DNA of 64,000 bases from Mytilus californianus. Lineage: Eukaryota. Below, in pieces: positions 50,501 to 63,000 of this stretch; position 1 is the stretch's first letter; every line of letters begins with the position of its first letter. Position numbers and translations under genes: made by a program. The notes under the pieces were generated by a model that did no database searches, was not told the origin of the DNA, and was given only the letters and a program-made list of their open reading frames with translations. The stretch is from assembly GCF_021869535.1 (NCBI RefSeq), contig NW_026262745.1, positions 35,526,001 to 35,590,000 of the forward strand, given 5' to 3'.

Positions 50501-52647
50501 CTTCAATTAAACTGATTGAAAGATTATGTCTTCATCATATGAATATCAGGCACAATCCTTCCCGTTAGGGGTTTAGTATCATACCATCATAACATATATG
50601 AGAAGAACATAACCCGTGTCATGCCAACAACTGGTTTTTAAATAAATGTGTTTAGTGCCGATGCAAAGACCCTATAAGTGAATCAATATTAACGCCAAAA
50701 TATGCAATCTGTAATGACCTGACAACAGTATCGTAACTATATCCCTTCTTAATAAGTCTATTTAAAGGTTTTGTTAGCTTCAGAGGTGAATACTGACATT
50801 TTTGTGCTTTACAAAGAATATTTCCATAAAAAATTGGATGTGAAATACCTGAACGTATAAGAAGTCTGCATGTTGAGCTATATTTACGAATGATGTCCTT
50901 ATACCGATGATAAAATTTAGTAAATGTTTTGACTAGTTTGTGATATCGAAAACCCTGGTGTAATAATTTTTCAGTAATACATAAATTTAATAACACATGT
51001 TCTTTTCCTAACAGAAATTGGGTTCATAGTTGGTGAAATTGTTTTCTGAGGAACACATATTTGAATTAATTTAAAAAACCAAAATTAAGTCTATAAAAAA
51101 CAAGCGTTGACGAGATATTTCAGTCGTACCCGTATACGCAATATACAAAATGGAAAGATATACGTTTGTTTTTTCGTCAAATACTGAATGATTGTTTAAT
51201 GTGTAAAAGTAGACAAACCAATATTTTAGTGATTCGAAATTGGTGATAGTGAGTCGATTACCTATTTCAATCATTTATATTTTGGTACGTGCTTTTATCG
51301 TCTCCTGGCCAGTGCTGTCAGTGTCGTTTTGGGCTAACAGGAAGTTGGAATAACAAATGAGTAAAACCAGGAAGGCCTAAATAAGCACTGAAGACTATGT
51401 CAAATCTAATCTAAAACCCGATAATAACATTCTAAAAATATGCGTATTTATATAGATCAACAATGTTTTCTATTTACCTTTTGACATTGTTGCGACTTTC
51501 AGATGTTCTTTTTTATTCCAGTATTTATTCAAATTACAATTTAGACAAAATATTTGCCATATCCTTAGAATATTATGAATTCATTATAACATGTCCTATA
51601 GTTTCTAAATTCTACGTCATTTGGTCTCTGGTGAAAAGTTGTTCATTGGCAATCATACCACATCTTCTCATATTTATATTGACATCTAAAACGTCATTAC
51701 AGACAATAGCATAGCGAACGAGCAAGGAAATACACACACCTTAGTAGGGACCAAAGGAGGAACATAGCCTTTAGTTCAATGGTTGTCGTTGGTTCATGTC
51801 GGTCATATTTGTTTTTTGTAAATTGTTTTGTTATAAATTTGGCCGTTAGTTTTCTCAATTGAATTGTTTCATATTTTTTTATATCGGTGCCTTTTATAGC
51901 CGACTATACGGTATGGTTTTTTTCTTCTCATTTTTGAAGGCCGTACGGTTGCCTATAATTGCTTACATCCACTTCATTTGAACTTTGGTGGATAGTTGTC
52001 TCATTGGCAATCATACCTCATCTCCTTATTTTTATATAGCCGTCAAAAAAAGAAGAAATATGTACAAATCATCTCTATAGTCGTATATTTGTGTATAGAG
52101 TTTGTCTTTTGAAATATCAAAATCTAGAAAAGGACAATCATTGTTGTTTATAGTTGATACATTTAAAGTCAGTTCCCTTGGGGAAATTTCTGTAGTATAT
52201 TCATAACTATAAAAACCGAAATGAAAAGACCATCAAGAGCATGTAATTTATTTACATTCCATTATTTTAAAGATTGCCAGTAGAGATTAGACAAATTTAA
52301 GCTATCGTATTAAATTGTATTTATGTTTGTCTTTTATCAATAGATTTTTACGCAAAACATGCATTTTGTTTTACATAGTTGCATTATTTGAAGAAGAAGA
52401 AGAAAAAACAAAAACAAAATCAACCCGATGATTCTTTCCTTTTTTTGATTTCAGAAAACGAAAGCGATGCTTGGAACTAATAACTGTCCTTGCTCGTGAA
52501 TATCCAGACATGAAAAATGGATTAGGACCTTCACGAGTGAAATATATAGAAACAAAACATGAATATAAAAATGTACATTCTACGAAGTTTCATACTTTTT
52601 TGAAACTGAGCATGATAAGCAATGGTACCAAAATAGTTTGTCGTTGA
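44530..52647 (+). CDS. VR3: vWA - repeat-rich Ser/Thr stalk - TM receptor with a YxxM/YxN tail, 391 aa
   Basis: Exons 44530-44608 (MGQLIIILCTAFYLIIMLTSTRSAKN), 45565-46116 (vWA, DISFLVDTTDD...), 47391-47642 (stalk), 49631-49730 (TM, GDRAIIVVSVITVVLVLVTVIVGITVIYYLLKYR) and 52455-52647 (KRKRCLELITVLAREYPDMKNGLGPSRVKYIETKHEYKNVHS...KIVCR*). Phases 1,1,1,2. The last exon is the least certain. Confidence 0.82.
47498..47602 (+). repeat. Coding 18 bp minisatellite, (TYSTEL) x about 6, in the VR3 stalk
   Basis: ACATATTCAACAGAATTA and variants in tandem. VR2 has only two good copies. Confidence 0.9.
48382..49390. mobile_element. GC-rich non-autonomous TIR element (Harbinger-like), followed by a second short TIR-type remnant (49394-49530)
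   Basis: Left end (TAA)TGCGGCGTTCACAAAGTGCCGATT versus right-end reverse complement (TAA)AGCCGGGGTCACACATTGACGATT. The interior is rich in CGAT/ATCG motifs and has no coherent long ORF. Confidence 0.6.
49826..50001. mobile_element. TA-target MITE nested in a dispersed repeat
   Basis: TA|CTGTAAACCAACTTATTTTCG ... CGAAAATTAGTTGGTTTACAG|TA. It splits AACAAC-TA-TAGGTCAC of the host repeat. Confidence 0.85.
50012..50996 (-). mobile_element. 5'-truncated PLE-like retroelement: RT C-terminal ORF plus 3' UTR
   Basis: ORF 50652-50996 reads NLCITEKLLHQGFRYHKLVKTFTKFYHRY..., the KLLxQGF/Y..L...F.KFY.R pattern that follows PLE RT domains. It is uninterrupted, so relatively young. The 3' UTR matches 17290-17785. 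Confidence 0.7.
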
Positions 52648-54025
52648 ATATTAACAATGCATACAATTTTCCCTTTGTGTTCAAAAAGCATAATTTCAGA
52701 CTAAGTAATTTGTATAGCTCAACTGTTCATTTCGAAACTATTATGAAAGGAAAAAAAAAAACAAAGATATTTTGAACATTATTTGTACATGTACTTTGTA
52801 AACGTCAAAATATGTGAAACTACAAAGCAATCATTTAACATAATACTGTAAATAGTATTGAAAAGTATGTCTGTAAAAAATCCTCCTCATATTTGAAACC
52901 ATGTTGTATTTTCAATAAATAGTTTTAGTATGATATCGTTTCAGCAATACTCGTTAAGAAAAAAACCTTCGACAAATGTGGTCAACCAAGGTCACGGCCG
53001 GTGTTTGATTGAAATAAAAGATCTTGGAGTAAACGTCTTGTATGTTCTTTTAAGGATGTTTGGTTCTTAATTGCATGCATCCTTTTATTCGATATTGCTG
53101 TGCTTGTAAAAACATTAAAGGTACCACTTTCACTGCACCAGATACGCATTATAGTTGTATTTTTGAAATACCGGTATTATACTGTGGAGTACTTTTTCTG
53201 TATTGATTGTTTGTTCCACATCTTGTTGTTCTACTTTTCGAAATTAAAAATTGGGGTTGAGGTTTTGAGCCTAGCATATGGTTGATTATTATGTAGGTTA
53301 ACCGTAAAACAACTTTTGCTAAGAAGTCAGCGGTTTTGGATGTTTAAATACGCAGTCTCGTCCATATTGATAAAAGGTCTACATTCTAATATCGAAGGTT
53401 GTACCTCGGATTGAATTGCATATATAATAACGTTGCTTATATACTTCACTATAATGACGTCATGGTTAAAACCCCCACCCCTTGCACGTGAAAAGTGGTG
53501 TATATTCAGTGAATAATAATATTGGTACAAGAAAACACGATGTTTTGAAAAGCTTAAAAAGTTTGTGCTCAGAATTTCAATGAGAAAAATGTAGTGTCTA
53601 ACTGTCTCAGTGAAAACTGGTGACAAAATTTATCGTTCTTTAAAATGCTTTCAAGTATTTATCCAAAAATTAATTTTCGTCAAAGTAATGCTAATTTTCG
53701 TTTTTTTTAGGAAAATCTTTTTTACCAACAGATACATAGAAATAACTTTTAGGAAAACATGAAACTTTGTCAGTTATGTTCATCCATCACCCACTGTTTA
53801 TAGATGCTACGAGTATGTGCACGCTGTTGTATTCTTTGTTATTCATATTAATAAACGATACACGTGTAGAAAGTATTGTTATAATAAAACAAAAGATCTT
53901 GTCTAGAAAAAATTCTATCAGTGCTTGATCTTATGTTAACTCTTCAAGAAATAAATAAGCTTCGAACGGATTTTATTTCCGTCCAGAAAATATAGATTTG
54001 ATAGAATGTTAAAATTTTTCTCCTT

Positions 54026-57000
54026 TCAAACATCTGGAGGTGGTACTTCTCTGGCTGAAGGATCATTCAGGGCATTAGAATCAAAAATGGCTCTGTTTGT
54101 TCCTTGTCTGGTCATACTGTCATAGGGATCTACCTGGTTCTTTTTACCAAATAATCCCCTCCTGAAAAATGTTGAAATTCATATATCAATTTATATATAA
54201 GGGTTGAGCATGCGTACTGAGTGAAAGTTTTTTCCGCAAACACGTGACACACTGATACCGATATCATACTTTATTATCATTTATGGCAGTTGCTTCTAAC
54301 ATTTTCACCCGAAAATTACAATGCTTGGAATACTTTTCCAAAATTTCAGAATGTGCCATCAAGTTGGCAAATGATTTAAGTCTAGACGGTTACAACAAAT
54401 CGATAATATTAGAAACATCACCGTTTTGATTGTGTAGACAAAACGCAATTCAGCTGTACAAAATTCCAAGCCTGGTATCTTTGATGAGTTGTAACAACCA
54501 TTGTGTCGATTCCACTGTAAGGGTATCACCAGCCCAGTTTTCAGCACTTCAGTACTCAAATAGAATATCAATTACGCCATCATTTTTTTCAGTAAAGTTA
54601 CTATTCATAAAACTTTAAAATCTTTCGAATTTTATTGTTTTCTATCCACAAGTAAAGAACGCCATGGTCAGATTTGACACAACCTTTTGGATATTTAGTT
54701 TTCAATGTTTGACTTCCTAATTACGATTTGACCTTCAAACGGATTTAACTCGAGCGCCACTGACGAGTCTTGTGTTGACGAATTGCGCGTAAAATATTAT
54801 AAACCTATTATCTTTGATGAGTTTTTTTTTTTCAACATTCCTAGAAGTTTAAAAAACAAAAAATTGTAATACCAAAAAAAAAATATGCATTTAAAATTTT
54901 GAATGAAATCCAGCAGTTGCAGGAATAGGAAATGTTTTAAGAAGGAAATCCTTATTTTCACCCCAATTTCTTTTTTGGATTAAGAATAAGCACAACACTG
55001 TCACGATAACGTTAATTGAGAGTAATATCATCTAGAACCTGTGAATTATGTATGTCAAAAGAACACATTTCGAACTTATAGTATCAATAATCATTTTTGC
55101 CGTTTGTATTTTGTTGTCTCACATTGTATATTTCCTGTAGATTGCTAATTCCCTGTAGTCTCATTGTCAATATAATTCAACCTAGAGTAGGTAGTTTCAC
55201 AGTAACTTTAAAGACTAGCTTTGATTGCTGATAACATTGATGTTAATAGTTCGGAAAGAGGTTTGTGGAGCAATAGAAAGACCAAGCAATATAAAAATAA
55301 GGAGATGTGGTATGATTGCCTATGAGACAACAATCCACCAAAGTTCAAATGAAGTGGATGTAAGCAATTATAGGCAACCGTATGGCCTTCAACAATGAGA
55401 AGAACCCATACCGTATAGTCGGCTATAAAAGGCCCAGACATGAACCAACGATGACCACTGAACTACATGCTCCTGATTTGGGACGGGCACATATAGAATG
55501 TGACGAGGTTAAACTAGTTTGCTGTCGCAACCCCTCCCCCTCTAACCTGGGACAGTGGTGTAACAGTACAACATAAAAGCAATCTTTAAAAATCACTATT
55601 AACGTATTTACAGTTTCTTTTCAAGTAAAGATGCAATAAGTGCGGTAAGGCCTAATCCTGCAACAGCTGCTACAGTCGCCACTGCGGCCACTACCACTGT
55701 GTTATCCTCTGTAAAAAAAAACATATCATTAAAAAATGTCTGTAGTTAATGTTCTCCTGCTTTAAATCTGTTTTTAAAAACCATTGGCTTCCCTGTTAAG
55801 GTAAAACCACTTTGTCAGCTAACATCACAATTATAAGGCTAATGTGACCTTTGTTAGCTGTTGAATTTCTTAATCATAAAAGTCGAATGGTTTCTTATTT
55901 TCAAATTGCTTTGAATTTATGTGTTACATACATGTATATGTGTACTATAAAAATAAGGAGATGTGGTATGATTGCCAATGCGTTAACTATCCACCAAGTT
56001 CAAATGAAGTGGATGTAAGCAATTAGAGGCAACCGTACGGCCTTCAACAATGAGAAGAACCCATACCGTATAGTCGGCTATAAAAGGCCCCGACATGAAA
56101 AATATGAAACAATTCAGTTGAGAAAACTAACGGCCTAATTCATAACAAAACAATTTACGAAAAACAAATATGACAGACATCTGGGGCAGTGGTTTTACAG
56201 ATCAACATAAGAACAAAATATAAAAATCAGTTAAAAAGGGCTTATTTCATCAGATCGATACAAAGCAGAAAAAAATCTACCAAAAACAGACCAGACGCGA
56301 CAGGGTATTTATACTTTCTAACAACAATACATGGTTATAAATAATCTTAGAATATTTTTTCCAGTTGATGTTTATTTTTTTTTCGATCCTTGAACATAGA
56401 TAAATCAACAAAAATGGTAGCATCCGCTGTCAATTCAATTTACAGATACTGAGGTAATATTTAGTATATAATTGTATGATTATGCGCATTAGTTTCGTTC
56501 TTGTTGATCCCCTTCTGACCGATGTAAGTTAGTGATTCAATTAGTCTTTTGCTTCGTCGTGAAATATGGAATTGAACTATAACATACAACGTTTTTTTTC
56601 AGCGCCGAAGACATTTTTTTCTTTTGGAGGGGGAAGGGTCAAAATCGAGCAAATCAAAAAACGTTTTGTCGCTTGCTAGCGATACTTCAGTTTCACAATT
56701 TGTGAAATGTTGTATTGGCAAGAAAGAGGGGCGGAAGAACGTTTTGTCGGGACGTCGGGATTGGACCATTATTTTTGCTAGAACTCGGGATTTACACTTA
56801 TCGGAAATCGGGAATTACACTAATCGGCAATCGGAAATAGATAATAAGGAATCCTGGAAATATTGCTATTCCTCCCCTCCCCCGGGAATTCGGGATTCGG
56901 CGTTAATTTTCCCGGGAATTCGGGATACAACCCGTCCTAGCCCCCCCCCCCCCCCCCCCCCCCCCCCGTTTCCAGGAAGAATTTTGATTTAACAGATAAG

Positions 57001-60000
57001 GTCAAGATGGGAAGGTGCATTGTAATTGAATAATAGCATTGCCGTTGTATTGTGCCATGAATTAAGAAAAACGTAATTCGAACAATGATCCATTCACCCT
57101 GTTTTCTCATTGCTCCTGTATATCAAAGGAAGAGATTCAGGTTTTAATTTACAGAAACATCTTGCTTTCTGTGAGTAATTTGATGATCACGAGTGGCGTT
57201 CTTTAGCCCAGTCTTCGGTTGCACATAAAGCGAATGTTATTCTCTTCTTGAAATTTTTACCACCTTCATCCCCTTTCACTTTAAATGCGTTTTATTTGTA
57301 GATAGAATGGTTCAGTTTCATCATATTAAAGTCGTCCTTGTGAGATATACCGGCGCAGACGGCAGCTTATTTTCCATCCGGCAACCCCGTTATCGCTCAC
57401 TTCACCTCGTTCTCTATTCAAGGTCCGAAAATCAATGTTGTGACGATTTTTCAAAGATTCTAACCAACAATTTTTCGCTTTGAATGTTCCCGATTAACAA
57501 ACTTTAATCCCTTCTCCTGTATTATAGACAGATAGCGTTTATGCGCCAAAAGCATCGTTATATACCATTTCCAGAACAGAACATATATTTTCTTATTGTC
57601 AGTCGGTCTAAGTTGTTAGTATCTGTGAATGGGCACATTGCTTTCGAAGTCTGTCATAACTTCGGCTTTTTGGCTCAGGAAATGATTAATTTGAATATGC
57701 CCAACTCCCATTAGTATCGCTTTTTTTCGGTATGAAATTTTGTCAACTTCGGACTTTTCTGATAACTTCTTGACGCCGCTCTAACGTTAAGGTATTGACT
57801 TATTGTATGTCATTTTCACGGAATAAATAAAATTAACACATACATTAGTTGCATCATAAGCGCATTTCTTGATTTTTCTTCATCAGGAACGCCCAAAGCC
57901 AAGCCTTTGAAAGCCCAGTGTACAAGTACTTAAGCTGAGGAGCTAATAATTTAGGGTAATCAATTATTTGTTGAAGAATATAGCTTGCAAGTTTCTACAT
58001 TTAGAAGAAAAAAACCCAGAGATGTCATTCTTTACCAAATTAATAAAATCAAAATATATTTGAGAATTTAAGCATATTTAAAAAAATAAATAAATAAACA
58101 AGGCATAAAATAAGTTGGTATACATAAGCGAACAGAAAAGATGATTTTAAACACGATACTGCGACGTTTTCTCTAAAAAGACACCATTGGCTAACATGAG
58201 TACAGAAATACATATTTCTTTAAGTACCAAGTGATCTGGACTTTTCCAATCCCGAAACCCTCTACTCAGAACCTGTCTCGTTAATTTCTTGTATCTAAAT
58301 ACAAAATAATTGACCAATAAATGATTTATAATATCACCTTCCAACTTTCCATACGAAAAATGATTTCTTGTTTTTGTATAAAAGAAACACTGTCTTGTAT
58401 TACATGTTTAGTTCTAAACATGTTTAGGATTATGTTTAATATCTAAACACATTTATCAGTAAGCACATTAAATGTACATGTAGGCATGTCTAGAATTTAA
58501 ACACTTTTAAATGTGTTTTAGAATTAAAGTGTTTAGGATTAAAACACTAATGCAAAGCCTAACTCGATCCTAAACACAATCCTAAACACATTGTCAACCT
58601 AAACATATTTAGAACGGAGTCATGTTTAGATCAAAACGTGTAAAAAAAGTGCACAAAAGATATGCTTAGAATTCTGTTTATGCTCTAAGCACAATTTTAC
58701 AGTGTAGTGTATCAATAAATGTTTCATAAACTCATATTCCAACTGTCCATGCGAACAAAAAGATTACTGTACTATTATCTTTAGTGATATGTTATCAATC
58801 AAACTTGATTTGAGGAAAGAAAAAGGTGGATAGCAAAAGTCTAATATGCATGAAATGGATACTTAGTATATCATTCGCGTTTTTTTTACAAGTACAATGT
58901 ACGGTTTTTGTTTTAAAAGTTTGAATATATTTTTTATTTTTCTACTTTCACAGTGTCATGTTATATACTTTTGATCCTTATAGATTCTGTAAACAATCTG
59001 CAGAAAAAAATGAGGCAGATGATACCAGAAGGGATAAAATCACAGATGATACCAGAAGGGATAAAATCACAGATGATACCAGAAGGGATAAAATCACAAG
59101 TCGAAGTTAAACTGACAACACCATCATGGCAAAAAATAAAATCTATGTAAAGAAAATCAAAACTCCACAAAACAGAAAACGAAGACTGAGCAGCAAGAAC
59201 CCAATCAAAAACACGGGATGATCTCAAGTGCGTCGGAAGGGTAAGCTGACCCTTCTCTGAATATTAATGATATTGCAAAAAGGATTTGTAACTTTTCCTA
59301 CGATGTTAAGATTACCTGGAGATGTTGATGTTGATGCTTGAGTCGCCGGACATCCAGTAACAGCCTGAGGAGTAACCGTTGGATCTAAATAAAAAAAAAC
59401 ACATAATTTAATTTAAGCCACGATATTTAGTTTCCTCAAATGTAGTAAATGCATACATCTTTTGAAGTATCAACAACAAAAATTTGATGCATAAAATTTC
59501 AGACTTTATATCTTTGTCGCTTATCAAACAAAATTTAATCACGTGATTTTATGTTGGCTGTTTACGTTCCAGGAATGATTAATTCATACATACAAGCGAA
59601 AATATATCAATATGTGGGATCTGATGTGACATTTGATTATGTCGTAGATTTTTGGTAAGGTACGAAATTAGCTCCAAGTCGACTACAAACATTTCTGGAT
59701 AGTCGATGGTCTTGTTCTTTAAGAGCAAAGAAGGGAAAGTGTGGAGCTCTCTACAATTAAAAAAATCGTAGCAACTCCTTTCAGCTCCTATCCAATATGT
59801 CTTTCCCCCCATAATTCATCCTTAATTACTCTCTCTTCAGACAATACTTGTTTGATTTATTGATTAGTTCTCGTCATGAATATGCATGAAAGATGTGCCA
59901 ATGTGGATTTTAAACAAAAACAATCAAATCATGTATGCGTTAAGAATGTTGCCTCCGAGACATATAACGATTAGAACAGGAAATTATTAAAATAAAAAGG

Positions 60001-63000
60001 ATGGCGAGGGGCTTAGTTATAAAACCGGTTCAATCCACAATTTGAATTTTTAAACAATGGCTGTGCAAAGTTAGGTAATATGTAGCATATAACCTACCAA
60101 TTTTTCTAATGTTGAAGAGTTGCTATCCGAAATTACTAGTAACAAGTTCCTTAGATATTGATTTGGATTGTAATGTACATGTCATCCACTATATTTCAAA
60201 CGACAAACAGACCCCTTAAACGTTTAATCATATTCAACATAACTGTCCTATTTCATGTCATTCAGTTTTGTTATATCACGTTGACAATTCTATAAGATCT
60301 AATTTTGGATAAATTAAAACAGATTTGAAACACTAGTCCTGATTGATATTCTGGTCTTGGAAAACATTGTACGTTTGTGCTTCGGTCAGCGAATACTCTG
60401 AGATTGGAATCTGTACCAAGTCAGGAATATGACAGTTGTTGTCCATTCGTTTGATGTGTTTTATCATTTGATTTTGCCATTTGATTAGGGACTTTCCGTT
60501 TTGAATTTTCCTCGGAGTTCAGTATTTTTGTGATTTTACTTTTTTCAGTCAAGATAAAAATAAGGAGATGTGGTGTGATTGCCAATGAGACTACTGTCCA
60601 CCAAATTTCAGATGGAGTGGATGTTAGCAGTTAAAGGCAACCGTTTGGCCTTCAACAATGAGAAAAACCCATACCGTATAGTCGGCTATAAAAGGCCCCG
60701 GCATGAAAAATGTGAAACAATTGAATTGAGAAAACTAACGCCCTAATTTATAACAAACATTTACGAAAAACAAATATGACAGACACGAACCAACGACAAC
60801 CACTGAACTACAGGCTTCTGACTTAGGACAGGCACATAAAGGATGTGGCGTGGTTAAACGTGTGTGCGCATTCAACCCACCCCTAATATGGGAGAGTGGT
60901 ATAACAGCACACCAAAAGATCAAACTGTAAAATCAGTAGCAATTGACCATTTCAAGGCCATTTCAACTGATTCTTACAGTTTATTCTAATGTCGTGCTGT
61001 TAAAACACTGTCCCAGGTTAGAGGAAGGTCGAAATTTCAACATGTTAAACCCCGACATACCAATTATGTGCCTGTCCCAAACCAAGGATCTGTTGTCTAA
61101 TGGTTGTCGTTGATTGCCGCTTGTCTTTACAGCTTTGTTTTATATATCACGGGGCATTTTATACGTGTAGCTTACTATACGATTAGTCTTTGCTTAATTA
61201 TGAGGTGTCCAGTAGTTACAACCAGGTCTTTGGCCTTTATTGGATAGTTGTTTCTTTGGCAACCACACCACACCTCCTTATGTTCATACAAACTATTTGG
61301 TAGATTTTAAAATTGTGTCATTGTGCAATTGAAAAGTTTACTTTAACAGCCCAAGACAGTCTTTTGTCACATTGTGTATATATTATGTATTGCCATAACA
61401 TTTCATGTATGCGCTTGTAAATAAACGTTCACCAATTACAAATATAACAAATAGAACCTATAAATTGCGTTCACTACAAGAAAATGTTAAATTATAATTT
61501 TCTACTTACCAATCTTAGGAACAACGGTCGGAATCAGACTACACAGATCGACATATGACTCCACGTGATGGGAGTAATAAGAATCAGGGTCACTGGACAT
61601 ACTTAATAACTCAACATTACTTGCGGATATAGCTGAGCCAATTCCAATGGAGAATACTTCCGCACCGAGATTAGTTTTGAGTAAATCAGCTTCTGCTGCA
61701 GTTCTCGGATAGTTCACGGATTGTCCATCGGTCAATATAATAACAGTCTTATCTGCATTTGAACGACTTCCTTTTGAAGATATAAAAGAAGACGTCCGTA
61801 CAAAAGTTAAGGCATCGTATGTGTATGTGCTACCACTTGGCGTGATACTTTTGAGGCCACTGATGGCATTTAATATCGTAGCATTTGTTGAGTAGTCGTT
61901 CAAATCAAAACGTTCTGTGATATCGCTAGAAAACGTCACTACCGAGAATTGGGTCGCAGTTGAACCAACTGCGATAAATTTAGTCACATTGTATATAAAA
62001 TCTACAGCTTCTGAGAAATCCTCTGTAGACAAACTGGCTGACTTATCCACCACGAATACTACATCTGTAATATGTGTACATTTATATAATGTTAAATAAG
62101 TCATATAACTGCAAATTCCTTAAATGGAATTGGAACAATTTGATTTCCCTTTGTCTGTTTTATGTTGAAATCTAACACATGGTTTGACATTAATCTTTAG
62201 TACGCGATATTTATTATTTAAGCAGTTTGAATAATTATGTATGGACACCTGTCTATTGATGACTGTATGTTACCCTCTATATATCTAATAGATATTTTGT
62301 GTTGTTGGGTTGCTTGCTACCTCATTGACGTATACCCACATACTCTGAAGATCGCAAAAATACATTTTAAGTATAGTCTTTATAAATGTTAAAACAATGA
62401 AAACTTCTTTAAATTGGTTGAACTGGTACAAATTTTAACATAACTGGTAACAAATATTTTTTTCATGTGTTCTTAAATTTTATTTCTGGAATGAATTCTT
62501 TTTCTATACAGGAAGTCTTACAAACTTCTGTTTTATGCAATATTGATAATCTATAAACGACGACACAGATATCATATATATAATTCATAAGTTGTTGAAT
62601 GAATATATGTTTAAATCTTCTATATATCTTTATTCTCATCACCAAATATAAATGGAATACAGAGAAGATATGTTATACATTACATTAAATACATAAACAT
62701 AAATATACAATATATACAAAAACAACAACAATAATTTCAATTTATTCAGGAGAACACTCGCTTGTTTATAATTCTTCTGAACTTTCATAAATTCATGAGA
62801 TCTGTCCTATTCATAGAAGACATATTTTCAGTTAATAGTATAATAATTAGCCTTCTATTTAAATTTTGTTTTATAAATTTATTTCTCTCTTCTACTAAAT
62901 CATTAAAATCATGTTAAGTATTGTATGTTTAGTTTGGTAGCGATGATTATATTGTTATTATTCTGCTCTCATGAGGACATACTTTGGTTAATTAATAGAA

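Noticed and set aside
28051-55708. Charged TM residue indicating adaptor-coupled activating receptors
   Set aside because: None of the four TM segments has Lys, Arg or Asp in the hydrophobic core, and no ITAM spacing is found in any tail.
56624-56992. Proline-rich ORF and C28 run (also G runs at about 19847, 20448 and 25098)
   Set aside because: The polyproline is the translation of a homopolymer at the end of a CGGGA(A)TT-rich repeat. Homopolymer length is unreliable.
58385-58706. TAAACA/TGTTTA-rich palindromic patch ending TTTTACAGTG|TA
   Set aside because: Probably an old CACTG-type MITE, but the left terminus is too degraded to support a call.
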